From Pseudothermotoga sp. (GTDB taxonomy: Bacteria > Thermotogota > Thermotogae > Thermotogales > DSM-5069), in assembly GCA_031962025.1 (NCBI GenBank), contig JAVRKW010000004.1: a DNA stretch of 64,000 nucleotides; one strand, given 5' to 3'. A program made the position numbers and the translations under genes. Positions 47,936 through 58,107 of this stretch are shown piece after piece; the first letter of the stretch is position 1; each line of letters begins with the position of its first letter. The notes under the pieces are model-generated. The model was not told the DNA's origin, did not search any database, and saw only the letters and a program-made list of their open reading frames with translations.

Positions 47936-48901
47936 ATGGTCGTAGTTGAAGTGAGAGATCTTGTCAAATACTTTCCGATTAAGGGTGGAGTTTTTCAAAG
48001 AACTGTTGCAAATGTGAAAGCAGTTGACGGTGTGAGTTTTTACATAAAAAAAGGTGAGACCTTCGGGCTTGTTGGAGAAAGTGGATGTGGTAAAACCACT
48101 ATAGGTAGATGTGTTTTGAGATTGATAGAGCCAACGAGCGGTAAGATCTTTTTCAAAGGAATTGACATCACAGACATGAATCAGAAAGAATTGAGAAAGC
48201 TTCGTCCAAAGATGCAGATCGTTTTTCAGGATCCGTACAGTTCTCTGAACCCCAGATTGACGATAAAAGACATTGTCGGTGAAGCGATGATCTACCACAA
48301 TATCATCAGCCGCAGAGACCTTGAAAAAAGAGTCAAAGAACTGCTCGATATGGTTGGACTTCTGCCGGAACACATCAACAGATATCCCCATGAGTTTTCC
48401 GGTGGTCAGAGACAGAGGATTTGCATTGCCAGAGCCCTTTCAACTGAACCGGATCTGATAGTCTGCGATGAAGCTGTCTCCGCTTTGGATGTTTCTATAC
48501 AGAGCCAGATACTGAGACTTCTTGAAAATCTGCAACAAAAACTTGGAGTGGCTTATTTGTTCATATCCCATGCTTTGAATGTCGTCAAGTACATATCTCA
48601 TAGAATTGGTGTCATGTACCTTGGAAAGATGGTTGAACTCGCTGAGAGTGAAGAGCTTTACTGTAACCCGCTCCATCCGTACACAAAGGCATTGATTTCG
48701 GCAGTCCCTGTGCCAGACCCAAAGGTGAAAAGACAAAAGATCGTTTTAAAGGGTGATGTGCCAAGTCCTATAAACCCGCCGCAGGGTTGCAGGTTCGTAA
48801 CAAGATGTCCCTATGCGCTGTCTGTATGCAGTGATGTACAACCGCAACTTGAAGAAGTCGCGTCAGGACATTTCGTTGCCTGCCATCTTTATAAAAGGTG
48901 A
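47936..48901 (+). CDS. Peptide ABC transporter ATPase (OppF/DppF)
   Basis: [16 protein letters not shown] and HFVACH motifs. Confidence 0.95.
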   Translation: MVVVEVRDLVKYFPIKGGVFQRTVANVKAVDGVSFYIKKGETFGLVGESGCGKTTIGRCVLRLIEPTSGKIFFKGIDITDMNQKELRKLRPKMQIVFQDPYSSLNPRLTIKDIVGEAMIYHNIISRRDLEKRVKELLDMVGLLPEHINRYPHEFSGGQRQRICIARALSTEPDLIVCDEAVSALDVSIQSQILRLLENLQQKLGVAYLFISHALNVVKYISHRIGVMYLGKMVELAESEELYCNPLHPYTKALISAVPVPDPKVKRQKIVLKGDVPSPINPPQGCRFVTRCPYALSVCSDVQPQLEEVASGHFVACHLYKR

Positions 48902-49551
48902 ACTTGTAAAAGCATACCTGCCTGAAGCTTGAAAATTTTGTTTGCAAGGTCATTCAAATACCTCAACTGGTGCGATACTATCACAGTTGCCTTTTGGTTT
49001 TTTTTCCAGTTTTGCAGTATATCCCTGAGAGATTCTTTGCCATGTTTGTCTAAACCCACAAAGGGTTCGTCTAAAATGAGCACAAGTGGTTCATGTGCGA
49101 TCATAGAGGCAATGGCTACCTTACGTGCTTCACCACCCGAAAGTTCGTACGGAGTTTTAGAAAAAAGAGTCTGATCTATTCCAACGAGTTTTGCCACATT
49201 TTCTACGCGTTCTTTGATCCTATCAAGCTGGAAATTTTTCGAAGCAAATGCTATTTCATCAAAAACTGTGTCGCAACAAAAAGAGTCTTCTGCATACTGC
49301 ATGACAAAACCTATTTTCTTGAAATAATCCTTCTGCTCGTAAATGGATTTTTCATTGAATGTGACAGAACCCGATTTTGGCTTCAAAATTCCGGCGATTA
49401 TCCTGAGCAATGTTGATTTCCCGGCGCCGTTGTCGCCGGTTATTAAAATGAAATCCCCCGGTTCTATTGACAGGTTTATTCCTTTTAAAATTGGTTTTGA
49501 ATTATCATAGGAAAAAACCACATCCTGTAATTTTATCTGAAAGGCGCTCAT
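48889..49551 (-). CDS. ECF-type transporter ATPase (EcfA2-like)
   Basis: GDNGAGKS, TVFDEIAF, PYELSGGE and LDEPFVGLD motifs. Confidence 0.8.
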   Translation of the reverse strand: MSAFQIKLQDVVFSYDNSKPILKGINLSIEPGDFILITGDNGAGKSTLLRIIAGILKPKSGSVTFNEKSIYEQKDYFKKIGFVMQYAEDSFCCDTVFDEIAFASKNFQLDRIKERVENVAKLVGIDQTLFSKTPYELSGGEARKVAIASMIAHEPLVLILDEPFVGLDKHGKESLRDILQNWKKNQKATVIVSHQLRYLNDLANKIFKLQAGMLLQVHLL

Positions 49552-49561
49552 AGACCTTACC

Positions 49562-50248
49562 TCATTTTTCAACATCGTCTATGGGAGATTTGATGAATTC
49601 ATCAATTGAGCCGTCAAAATCCACTGTTCCATCAGAAAGATGGACTATTCTACCTGCAAGATCGATGAACTGGTGTATTTCATGAGTTGAGACAATTACG
49701 GTCACGTTCATTTGGTTTAAGGTTTTCAGTACCTCTTTTACCTGTCTATAACCAGTGTCGTCGAGCATGGATGTTGGTTCATCCAAGAGCAAGTACTTTG
49801 GTTTCAGAACAGCTACAGAGGCAATTGCCAGTCTTTGTGCCTGTCCGGCTGACAGATTCAAAGGATCTTCATATCTGAGTTGGCGCAGTTGAAATACATC
49901 AAGGGCTTTTTCAACCAGCTCCTGCATGGTGTTTCTTGGCACCCCCATGTTCTCAAGTCCGAATGCGATGTCTTCTTCAACTGTCGAACCGGTTATCTGA
50001 TTAATCGGATTGTGAAAAACATACCCGCTCAACAACCTCAAATCTTGCTGTGAAAGCTCTCTGTCATCTGAAAATATCTTGCCCGTTTGAATCGGAAGTA
50101 GCCCAGCCAGTATTTTCAAAAGAGTCGTTTTTCCCGAGCCGTTAGCGCCTACAAGGAGAATAAAATCACCGTCATGTATTGAAAGATTGACTTTTTTGAG
50201 TGCCACTGCGGACCTGTAACTGAAACTCAAATCCACTACCCGTAGCAT
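49562..50248 (-). CDS. ECF-type transporter ATPase (EcfA1-like)
   Basis: GANGSGKT, TVEEDIAFGLEN and LDEPTSMLD motifs. Confidence 0.82.
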   Translation of the reverse strand: MLRVVDLSFSYRSAVALKKVNLSIHDGDFILLVGANGSGKTTLLKILAGLLPIQTGKIFSDDRELSQQDLRLLSGYVFHNPINQITGSTVEEDIAFGLENMGVPRNTMQELVEKALDVFQLRQLRYEDPLNLSAGQAQRLAIASVAVLKPKYLLLDEPTSMLDDTGYRQVKEVLKTLNQMNVTVIVSTHEIHQFIDLAGRIVHLSDGTVDFDGSIDEFIKSPIDDVEK

Positions 50249-50250
50249 TT

Positions 50251-50844
50251 CTACACCCTTAGCGACCTGTATATCCTTATTCCGCCTTCTTTGTATATAT
50301 CATCGACATTACCAAAGATTTCCATCATCGCTTTTTTTATGTAACTGCCACCTTTGTTGTGGTATGCAACCACCTGCAAGGAACCGTTGTCTTTGAGATG
50401 TTCAATCGATTCAACGATCATTCTGAGGACGACTTTTTTCCCCGCAGCCATGGGCGGATTGGTCAGGATCATGTCAAATCTCTCACTTTCCCAGGGTTCA
50501 TAAAATGCCCCGTGCTTTATCGTCACATCGACGTTGTTGTTCTTGGCATTGATTTTGGCAAATTCAACTGCCCGTGAATTGATATCACTCATAAAAACTT
50601 CAAGATCAGGGTACTCACCCTTGAGTACGATTCCAATTGCGCCATAACCGCACCCAAGATCGAGCAGACTGTTTCCATGAATGATAGCATGTTCAATCAA
50701 TATTCTGGTGGCTTTATCGATTTCACCGAAACTGAAGACGCCCGAGGGCGTCTGAAAGTTATATGTTCTACCATTTTTTAATTTGAACAGAACAGACTTA
50801 ATCCTCAATTCACTGGTTGGCTTTTCACTGTAATAGTGTTCCAT
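50251..50844 (-). CDS. Class I SAM-dependent methyltransferase (RsmC/MTS-like)
   Basis: MEHYYSEKP, GVFS, LDLGCGYG and TNPP motifs. Confidence 0.88.
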   Translation of the reverse strand: MEHYYSEKPTSELRIKSVLFKLKNGRTYNFQTPSGVFSFGEIDKATRILIEHAIIHGNSLLDLGCGYGAIGIVLKGEYPDLEVFMSDINSRAVEFAKINAKNNNVDVTIKHGAFYEPWESERFDMILTNPPMAAGKKVVLRMIVESIEHLKDNGSLQVVAYHNKGGSYIKKAMMEIFGNVDDIYKEGGIRIYRSLRV

Positions 50845-50853
50845 ACCATCACC

Positions 50854-50875
50854 AAAAAAGGGGGCAAAAGCCCCC
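50854..50875 (-). terminator. Intrinsic terminator after ppdK
   Basis: GGGGGC-TTTT-GCCCCC followed by TTTTTT on the minus strand. Confidence 0.75.
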
Positions 50876-50880
50876 AAGGT

Positions 50881-53544
50881 TCAATCCTCTGATTTTTTGG
50901 CTTTATCCATAAGTGCTGCCTGAGCGGCTGCAAGTCTTGCCACAGGTACTCTGTAAGGTGAACAGCTCACATAGTCAAGACCGGCTTTGTGGAAGAAATG
51001 AATTGAACGCGGATCTCCTCCGTGCTCACCGCAGACTCCGACCTTGAGGTTGGCTCTCACCGATTTTCCTTTCTTTGTACCCATTTCAACGAGAGCTCCA
51101 ACACCAACCTGGTCTATGGACTTGAATGGATCATGTTCGAGAATGCCTTTCTGCAGGTACTCTGGCAGGAATTTACCGACATCATCTCGGCTGAAAGCAA
51201 AAGTCATCTGAGTCAAATCATTTGTACCAAAGCTGAAGAATTCCGCTTCTTTTGCAATCTCATCGGCTGTGACACAGGCTCTTGGAACTTCGATCATGGT
51301 TCCGATTTTGTAATCGATCTTCACACCGGATTCTTTTATCATCTGGTCTGCTACTTCTTTGATTATCTTTTTGAGGAAAATGAGTTCATTCACATGTCCA
51401 ACCAATGGAATCATTATTTCCGGGATGACATCAAGATTTGACTCTTTTTTCAATTCAATTGCAGCTCCAATGATCGCTCTTGTCTGCATCACGGCAATTT
51501 CCGGATAAGTAATCGTGAGACGACATCCTCTATGACCGAGCATCGGGTTTAGTTCGCTTAAAGATTCAACAACGTCTTTCAGTTCTTTTTCGGATATTCC
51601 AAGCTCTTTGGCTGTGGCTTTAATCTGTTCATCATCGTGTGGCAAAAATTCATGAAGTGGTGGGTCGATCAATCTTATGGTAACCGGATAGCCTGCCATA
51701 GTTTTGAACAAACCTTTGAAATCGTCCTTTTGGAGTGGCAACAATTCTGCAAGAGCCTTTTCTCTTTCTTCTTTTGTCTTTGCAACGATCATTCTTCTGA
51801 CCTTCGGTATTCTGTCTTTTTCGAAGAACATGTGCTCAGTGCGGCACAAACCTATACCTTCTGCACCGAATTTCCTTGCCACTTCGGCATCTCTTGGTAT
51901 GTCTGCGTTCGCTCTCACACCCAGTCTTCTGATCTGGTTAGCCCACTGTAGTAACTCAGCAACTTCACCTTCCAAGCCAACTGGTTTGATCGTCGGTACT
52001 TTGCCAAGCAGTACCTCACCGGTGGAACCGTCTATTGAGATCCATTCTCCTTCCTTTACGATCGTCTTGTTAACTCTGAGAAATCCTTCTTCTTCCTTAA
52101 CTTCTATTGTTTCTGCGCCGACCACGGCAGGTTTACCCATACCACGTGCCACAACTGCCGCATGAGAGGTCATTCCACCTCTGGATGTGAGTATTCCCTG
52201 TGCAAATGCCATACCACCGACGTCCTCAGGGCTTGTTTCCGGTCTCACCAGGATCACCTGTTCACCAGAGCGTCCAAGCTCTTCAGCTTTTGCAGCATGG
52301 AAGATGACCTTCCCAGTTGCGGCACCGGGAGAAGCAGGTAAGCCTTTGGCTATAACCGTGACGGATGCCCTTGCTTTTTCATCGAAGCGTGGATGGAGTA
52401 CCCTTTCAACGTCTTCTGTTTTCACGCGCATCACAGCATCTTGCTTTGTAATGAGTCCTTCGTGTACCATGTCCACGGCAATTTTTATAGCCGCGCGGGA
52501 TGTTCTCTTTCCACTTCTGGTTTGAAGCATGTACAGCTTGCCTTCTTCGATTGTGAATTCTATATCCTGCATATCTTTGTAGTGTTCTTCCAGTTTTTTC
52601 ATTATCTTTATCAATTCATCGTAAACAGAAGGCATGATCCTCTTGAGTTCTGAAAGTGGCATGGGAGTTCTGATACCTGCCACAACATCCTCACCCTGTG
52701 CGTTCTGCAAAAACTCGCCGTAAACCACATTTTCACCGGTATTGGGATTCCGTGTAAATGCAACTCCGGTTCCAGATTTATCACCCATGTTTCCAAAGAC
52801 CATCGCCACGATATTGACCGCTGTTCCAAGCATCTGATCTTCTCTTATGTTGTTTATCTCTCTGTATTTGATTGCCCTATCGCTCATCCAGCTTCCAAAT
52901 ACCGCGTCGATGGCAAGCCAGAGTTGCTTTTCCACGTCCTGCGGGAATTCTTTCTTTTCCTCTTTATATATTTCTTTGTAGATCAGAACGAGTTTTTTCA
53001 GATCGTTTTCATCGAGTTCGACGTCGAGTTTGACTCCTTTTGCCTTTTTCATTTCTTCGAGTGCATTTTCGAATTTGTTTTTGGGCATACCAAGGGCAGT
53101 ATCGCCGAACATCTGAAGGAATCTTCTGTAGGCATCGTAGGCAAAGCGAGGATTGTTGGTCATTTTCGCAAGACCTTCAACGGTTTTGTCGTTCAAACCA
53201 AGGTTGAGAATCGTGTCCATCATACCAGGCATCGATATAGCCGCACCGGATCTCACGGACACAAGCAATGGCTTATCTGGATCTCCAAAGCCTTTTCCAG
53301 TGACCTGTTCGAGTCTTTTCATGGCTCTGGAAACTTCTTCTTTTAATCCATCAGGATAAGTGCGATTGTTTTGATAAAAGTACCTGCACACTTCAGCAGA
53401 GATTGTGAAACCTGGCGGAACGGGTATACCAAGATTCGTCATCTCGGCAAGATTTGCGCCTTTTCCACCGAGAATGTCCTTCATATCGGCGCGTCCTTCG
53501 GCTGACCCATTTGCAAAAAAGTAAACCAGTTTCTTTGTCATCAC
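50881..53544 (-). CDS. ppdK: Pyruvate phosphate dikinase
   Basis: LGGKGANLAEM, GGMTSHAAVVARG phospho-His motif, GVCGEHGG. Confidence 0.98.
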   Translation of the reverse strand: MMTKKLVYFFANGSAEGRADMKDILGGKGANLAEMTNLGIPVPPGFTISAEVCRYFYQNNRTYPDGLKEEVSRAMKRLEQVTGKGFGDPDKPLLVSVRSGAAISMPGMMDTILNLGLNDKTVEGLAKMTNNPRFAYDAYRRFLQMFGDTALGMPKNKFENALEEMKKAKGVKLDVELDENDLKKLVLIYKEIYKEEKKEFPQDVEKQLWLAIDAVFGSWMSDRAIKYREINNIREDQMLGTAVNIVAMVFGNMGDKSGTGVAFTRNPNTGENVVYGEFLQNAQGEDVVAGIRTPMPLSELKRIMPSVYDELIKIMKKLEEHYKDMQDIEFTIEEGKLYMLQTRSGKRTSRAAIKIAVDMVHEGLITKQDAVMRVKTEDVERVLHPRFDEKARASVTVIAKGLPASPGAATGKVIFHAAKAEELGRSGEQVILVRPETSPEDVGGMAFAQGILTSRGGMTSHAAVVARGMGKPAVVGAETIEVKEEEGFLRVNKTIVKEGEWISIDGSTGEVLLGKVPTIKPVGLEGEVAELLQWANQIRRLGVRANADIPRDAEVARKFGAEGIGLCRTEHMFFEKDRIPKVRRMIVAKTKEEREKALAELLPLQKDDFKGLFKTMAGYPVTIRLIDPPLHEFLPHDDEQIKATAKELGISEKELKDVVESLSELNPMLGHRGCRLTITYPEIAVMQTRAIIGAAIELKKESNLDVIPEIMIPLVGHVNELIFLKKIIKEVADQMIKESGVKIDYKIGTMIEVPRACVTADEIAKEAEFFSFGTNDLTQMTFAFSRDDVGKFLPEYLQKGILEHDPFKSIDQVGVGALVEMGTKKGKSVRANLKVGVCGEHGGDPRSIHFFHKAGLDYVSCSPYRVPVARLAAAQAALMDKAKKSED

Positions 53545-53553
53545 TGCACCTCC

Positions 53554-54855
53554 TCATTTGAGATACCAGTTTACTGTGAAGGCTTTATCATTCACCGTGC
53601 TTGTAAGCACAAAAATTGAATCCACATTCATGCCAAGTAATTTCTCCAACATTGGAGCGAAATCCACACAGATGAATACGGGCATATTCTGTGGATCATA
53701 GAATTTCACGATTTTGTCAAAAGAACCTCTCTGGTTTGAAAATTCAGCAGGAACAGAAGAATAAAACCTGATCTGTCCATTGTCGCTGGTAACATAAATT
53801 CCATCCAGATCCAGATATCGCGTACCTTTCGCTGTTTTTATTTGACCTTTAAGCGCCTGCTGAAGCTCTTCGAGTTTTATGTTCCCACCAGTAACACCGT
53901 AAATAACTGGATTGGCAACTTTTTGATTTGTTTGACTCTGCTGAGGCGAAAGCAGATTTTCCAGTACATTGCTTATTTTCATTGAAATTGCCATCTGACC
54001 TGTCAGCTTATTTGATAGATTCATAAATTGTTCGAACTGCTCTTCTATAACCTCTGTTTCCGTTGCGGCTAAGGAAATGGGGATCTTGGAAAGCATGTCA
54101 GAGAAATTCAAACCCTTGTACGCGGCACTCAAAGATGCAAAATTGGACACATTGGCAAATAAGAATATTTCCCCACCGATGTTTGGATCTTTGTACATAT
54201 CAAAATTCTTTGATGGCTTCATGTCTTTCAACAGAGCAATGGCTTTTTCATTCTGTGCATAGATCACCGACTCGCCAACCAGCTTATCCTGGAGTACTTT
54301 GACTGTTGCATTCAGAGAAAATATCGAATCTTCTACGACTAATTTTGGAGAAAAGACAACTGCCCATACAGCGGTATCTGAAAACTGTTTTTGTACTTCA
54401 TCTGGTATCTTGCCCCCGCCTTTTTGACATTTTCCGAGCAGTTCAGAGCTTGTTGAGATCAAAAGATAATCACCATTCTGTGCAACATATGTTCCTGAGC
54501 CAAAAATACCGGAAATTGCTTTTACAAGTTTGGATGCGTATTTTGACGGACCAAGGACCGCAGCCATGTCCTGACCTGAAAGAACAACGAGGATGTCTTT
54601 GCTCAAAAGATCGTTTAACTGATCGATTGTTGCACCATACTGAACCAGCGAGCTTGCCAGCATTCCTTGAATCATCGGTTCGATGCCAAGTCCGTTCGTC
54701 AGGATGTCGATCAACTGTACTTTTTTAGCCATAGAGTAGTGGTCTGAATTGTTTTTTGCGAGGATCAGTTGATCATAACTTGCCGGCACAAATTGCGTAA
54801 CTGCAAACACACACATGGTAAGTAAAAGCAAGAACAACACATATACCTTTTTCAT
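53554..54855 (-). CDS. Hypothetical exported protein
   Basis: GGGAGG RBS. MKK plus hydrophobic signal peptide with VFA cleavage site. 433 aa. Confidence 0.75.
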   Translation of the reverse strand: MKKVYVLFLLLLTMCVFAVTQFVPASYDQLILAKNNSDHYSMAKKVQLIDILTNGLGIEPMIQGMLASSLVQYGATIDQLNDLLSKDILVVLSGQDMAAVLGPSKYASKLVKAISGIFGSGTYVAQNGDYLLISTSSELLGKCQKGGGKIPDEVQKQFSDTAVWAVVFSPKLVVEDSIFSLNATVKVLQDKLVGESVIYAQNEKAIALLKDMKPSKNFDMYKDPNIGGEIFLFANVSNFASLSAAYKGLNFSDMLSKIPISLAATETEVIEEQFEQFMNLSNKLTGQMAISMKISNVLENLLSPQQSQTNQKVANPVIYGVTGGNIKLEELQQALKGQIKTAKGTRYLDLDGIYVTSDNGQIRFYSSVPAEFSNQRGSFDKIVKFYDPQNMPVFICVDFAPMLEKLLGMNVDSIFVLTSTVNDKAFTVNWYLK

Positions 54856-55039
54856 AACGAGCCCTCCCAAATATTTGCGTTTTCAATCAATAATACCATG
54901 AAAATTGGCAACAGATAGCTTTTACTTTCAAAATCACTTTGAAATGAGGTTTTTCTCATTAATTCATTTTATATTTTGAGTTTCCATCGTTATTTGATTG
55001 ACATCAACCGGTGATTTTTCACCTTTGATCAAGGGGGAC

Positions 55040-55069
55040 TTGAAATCACCCTCTCAAAAGTGTTATTAT
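55040..55069 (+). promoter_or_regulatory. Putative sigma70 promoter of hup
   Basis: TTGAAA, 18 bp spacer, TATTAT with TG extension. Confidence 0.55.
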
Positions 55070-55125
55070 TCTTGCAAGAGGGAGATCTCATCTCCCGGAA
55101 CCCTATAGAAGGAGGGGGATAACAG

Positions 55126-55398
55126 ATGAACAAGAAGGAACTTGTCGACAAAGTGACAAAGAAAGCCGGACTCAAGAAGAAGGACGTCAAGAAAGTCGTG
55201 GACATGGTCTTTGAAACAGTCACAGATGCACTTGCCAAGGGCGAGAAGGTTCAACTCGTTGGATTTGGAAGCTTTGAAGTCAGAAAAGCCGCATCCAGAA
55301 AAGGCGTAAACCCGCAGACAAAGAAGCCCATCACAATTCCTGCAAGAAAAGTTCCAAAATTCAAACCCGGCAAAGCACTCAAAGAGAAAGTCAAGTAA
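55126..55398 (+). CDS. hup: DNA-binding protein HU
   Basis: MNKKEL, GFGSFEV, GVNPQT and VPKFKPGKALKE motifs. Confidence 0.97.
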   Translation: MNKKELVDKVTKKAGLKKKDVKKVVDMVFETVTDALAKGEKVQLVGFGSFEVRKAASRKGVNPQTKKPITIPARKVPKFKPGKALKEKVK

Positions 55399-55402
55399 TA
55401 TC

Positions 55403-55427
55403 AAAGAGGGGGACCTGCCCCCTCTTT
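55403..55427. terminator. Bidirectional terminator between hup and mnmE
   Basis: AAAGAGGGGG-ACCTG-CCCCCTCTTT between convergent genes. Confidence 0.8.
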
Positions 55428-56778
55428 ATTTTCCAACGCAGAAATCCTTGAAGATTTTCTCGATTAATTCTGTGGAATAATTCGTTCCGAGTAAAAGGTC
55501 CAAGTTTGCTATGGCATCCTTTATTTGTTGAGCGATCAGATCTAGCGCAAACCCTTCTTTGAGATCTCTCAGTGCGTTGTTTATATTGATTTTACAGTTT
55601 AAAAGACACTCGTGCTGCCTTTGAGTGGTGATGTAGCCCTGTGTGTTGTTAATTATGTCAGATACAGATTCAATAATTTGCCTTTCGATTTCTTCGATAC
55701 CTTCTTTGTAAAGTGCGGAAACTGTTATAGTGTGAGCATCTGTTTTGAGCACCTTTTTGATTTCTTCTCTGTCGATCAAATCGTTTGCGTCTATTTTGTT
55801 TATCACTACCAGATATCTTTTGTTTCTAATAAGCTCCAAGATTTTCAAATCATCCATATCCACCGGCACAGTTGCATCCAGTACAAACAGGATTAAATCA
55901 GCTTCTGACGCCGCCTTTATGGCTCTTTCTATGCCTATTTTTTCCACCTTTTCCTGCGACTCTCTTATGCCAGCCGTGTCGATTAGAGTGAAAGAAACAC
56001 CTTCAATTGTAACTGGAACCTGAATTAAATCCCTTGTGGTACCGGGAACTTCTGTGACGATCGCGCGATCTTCCTTGACAAGTGCGTTAAGAAGTGAAGA
56101 TTTGCCTACATTTGGTTTTCCTACGATCACAATTTTGATTCCACTTGACAAGACCAATCTATTCTGGGCATTTTCCAGCAATTTTTCTGCAAGATTTGAA
56201 GCTTTCTGCAACTGGTCGAGTATCACGCTCTGTTCTGTGAAAATTTCATCGGGGTAATCGAATTCCACTTCGATCTTTGCAAGGACATTTAAAAGTACTT
56301 CTCTCAATTCTCTCACAGCTTCGGATAATCTACCAGAGAGATTGTTTGCCACCAGTTTTGCAGAGGTTTTTGAAGATGCTTCGATGATCTGTCTAACCGC
56401 TTCTGCTTTGGTCAAGTCAATTTTTCCATTCAAAAATGCCCTTTTTGTGAATTCACCTGGATGTGCCATTCTCGCACCGTTGTTCAACAGAAGATCAAGA
56501 ACCGCCTGACTGATGACCGAACCGCCGTGGCACATTATCTCGACCATGTCTTCACCAGTGTAAGAGTGCGGTTTTTTGTAGAACACGACGGTTATTTCGT
56601 CGAGCAACATGCCATCGCTATCCTTTATGAAGTTGTGATACACCTTCCTTGGTTCAATGTTTATCTTCTTGGCGAGTACCTTTTGACATATCTGCCATGA
56701 GTCGTCACCGCTCATCCTTATGACTGCTATGGCACCTGTCCCTTTCGCAGTTGAAATCGCAGCAATTGTGTCTGGCAA
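55426..56778 (-). CDS. mnmE: tRNA modification GTPase MnmE (TrmE)
   Basis: DTIAAIST, GKPNVGKSS, GTTRD, DTAG, NKID and C-terminal FCVGK. Confidence 0.97.
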   Translation of the reverse strand: MPDTIAAISTAKGTGAIAVIRMSGDDSWQICQKVLAKKINIEPRKVYHNFIKDSDGMLLDEITVVFYKKPHSYTGEDMVEIMCHGGSVISQAVLDLLLNNGARMAHPGEFTKRAFLNGKIDLTKAEAVRQIIEASSKTSAKLVANNLSGRLSEAVRELREVLLNVLAKIEVEFDYPDEIFTEQSVILDQLQKASNLAEKLLENAQNRLVLSSGIKIVIVGKPNVGKSSLLNALVKEDRAIVTEVPGTTRDLIQVPVTIEGVSFTLIDTAGIRESQEKVEKIGIERAIKAASEADLILFVLDATVPVDMDDLKILELIRNKRYLVVINKIDANDLIDREEIKKVLKTDAHTITVSALYKEGIEEIERQIIESVSDIINNTQGYITTQRQHECLLNCKININNALRDLKEGFALDLIAQQIKDAIANLDLLLGTNYSTELIEKIFKDFCVGK

Positions 56779-56783
56779 TGAAC

Positions 56784-57230
56784 TTAACCTCCCAGCAATT
56801 CCTGAACTATCCTGTTGACCAGTTTACCATCTGCTTTTCCCTTTAGCTGAGGCATTATGAGTTTCATAGCTGTTCCAACATCTTTCGGGCTTGAGAGATT
56901 GTGCTGCTCTATCAGTTTTTTTGCTATATCTCTTATTTGTTCTTCGCTCATCTGCTCGGGCATGTAGGATTTTATGATCTTAAGCTCTTTTTCTTCTTCG
57001 GCTGCAAGATCTTCTCTCTTTGCCTGCCTGTACATTTCAATTGATTCAAGCCTTTTTTTGACCTCTTTTGACATAACCTGCAGCACATCTCCATCAGTTG
57101 CCTGTGCCATTTTTTCAACCTCGAAATTTTTGATCGCGGCTATCAGCAATCTTATCGTACGAACCCTTGTTTCGTCCTTGGCTTTCATGGCTTGTTTGAG
57201 ATCCTCAGAAAGCTTTTCTTTTAAACTCAT
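56784..57230 (-). CDS. GatB/YqeY domain protein
   Basis: MSLKEKLSEDLKQAMKAKD...KGKADGKLV. AGAGGAGG RBS. Confidence 0.92.
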   Translation of the reverse strand: MSLKEKLSEDLKQAMKAKDETRVRTIRLLIAAIKNFEVEKMAQATDGDVLQVMSKEVKKRLESIEMYRQAKREDLAAEEEKELKIIKSYMPEQMSEEQIRDIAKKLIEQHNLSSPKDVGTAMKLIMPQLKGKADGKLVNRIVQELLGG

Positions 57231-57443
57231 CTTTAACCCTCCTCTTTGAGCTCTACCTGTATAATATATCTCAAATATCTCAAAAATAGCAGAACAATCC
57301 ATTACCAGAAATGGTGCGGGAAAATTTCAAAAACATGTTTTTCGAAAGATGATATGGAATAAAATATATATGTGATAGAATCATTAAAAAATACATAAAA
57401 ATCATAAATTCAGATAACAGAAATCTCAAAGGAGGTGATTTTC

Positions 57444-57926
57444 ATGGATCAACAAACTGAGATCGTTCTGAGGTATGCCATTGCACAGGAAGTGGAAGGT
57501 AGAGAGTTCTACAAAAGCAGGCTGGAACGAGTTCACAATGATCAGTTGAAAAAGCTTTTCGAGCAACTGGTTGAGATGGAACAATCACATATCGATTACA
57601 TCGCCAGCTTACTGGAAACAAAAGACGTTCAAAAAGAAGCTGTGCCGTACAGACCAGTCAATTTTGAAATCAGAGAATTTGAAGAATCCTGGGGAGATAC
57701 TCAGTCGATGACAGATCTTTCAATTTTGAGAATGGCATACTTGATAGAACATGATTTTGCCGTTTTTTATGAAAACGCGGCGAAAAATGCCAGTGATGCT
57801 TCTTTAAAAAAAGCACTTTTGGAGTTATCAGATTGGGAAAAATCACACAGAGATATGCTCAGAAATCTGTACGACGAAGCCATGAAAAATTTCTGGTACG
57901 AGCAAGGATTTTCTCCGATATTTTAG
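57444..57926 (+). CDS. Rubrerythrin/ferritin-like di-iron protein
   Basis: AIAQE..GREFY, MEQSH, AYLIE..FY and WEKSH (ExxH pairs). Confidence 0.85.
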   Translation: MDQQTEIVLRYAIAQEVEGREFYKSRLERVHNDQLKKLFEQLVEMEQSHIDYIASLLETKDVQKEAVPYRPVNFEIREFEESWGDTQSMTDLSILRMAYLIEHDFAVFYENAAKNASDASLKKALLELSDWEKSHRDMLRNLYDEAMKNFWYEQGFSPIF

Positions 57927-57939
57927 GGGAGGTGTGTGC

Positions 57940-58107
57940 ATGAAGGTTTCAATAAATGGACGTGTTTACGAGGCTCAAGAAGGTCAGACGATTTACGATG
58001 TAGCGAAACAAAATGGTTTAGAAATCCCGGTTCTGTGTCATCATCCTTCACTTGAACCTATAGGTGCCTGTAGAATCTGCTTGTTCAATTTATTGGCTCG
58101 ATTCTGA
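57940..58107 (+). pseudogene. Truncated N-terminal 2Fe-2S domain of a hydrogenase/formate dehydrogenase/NuoG-type subunit
   Basis: Not in the ORF track. GGGGAGGTG RBS, then MKVSINGRVYEAQEGQTIYDVAKQNGLEIPVLCHHPSLEPIGACRICL, then stop after 55 aa. Confidence 0.85.
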
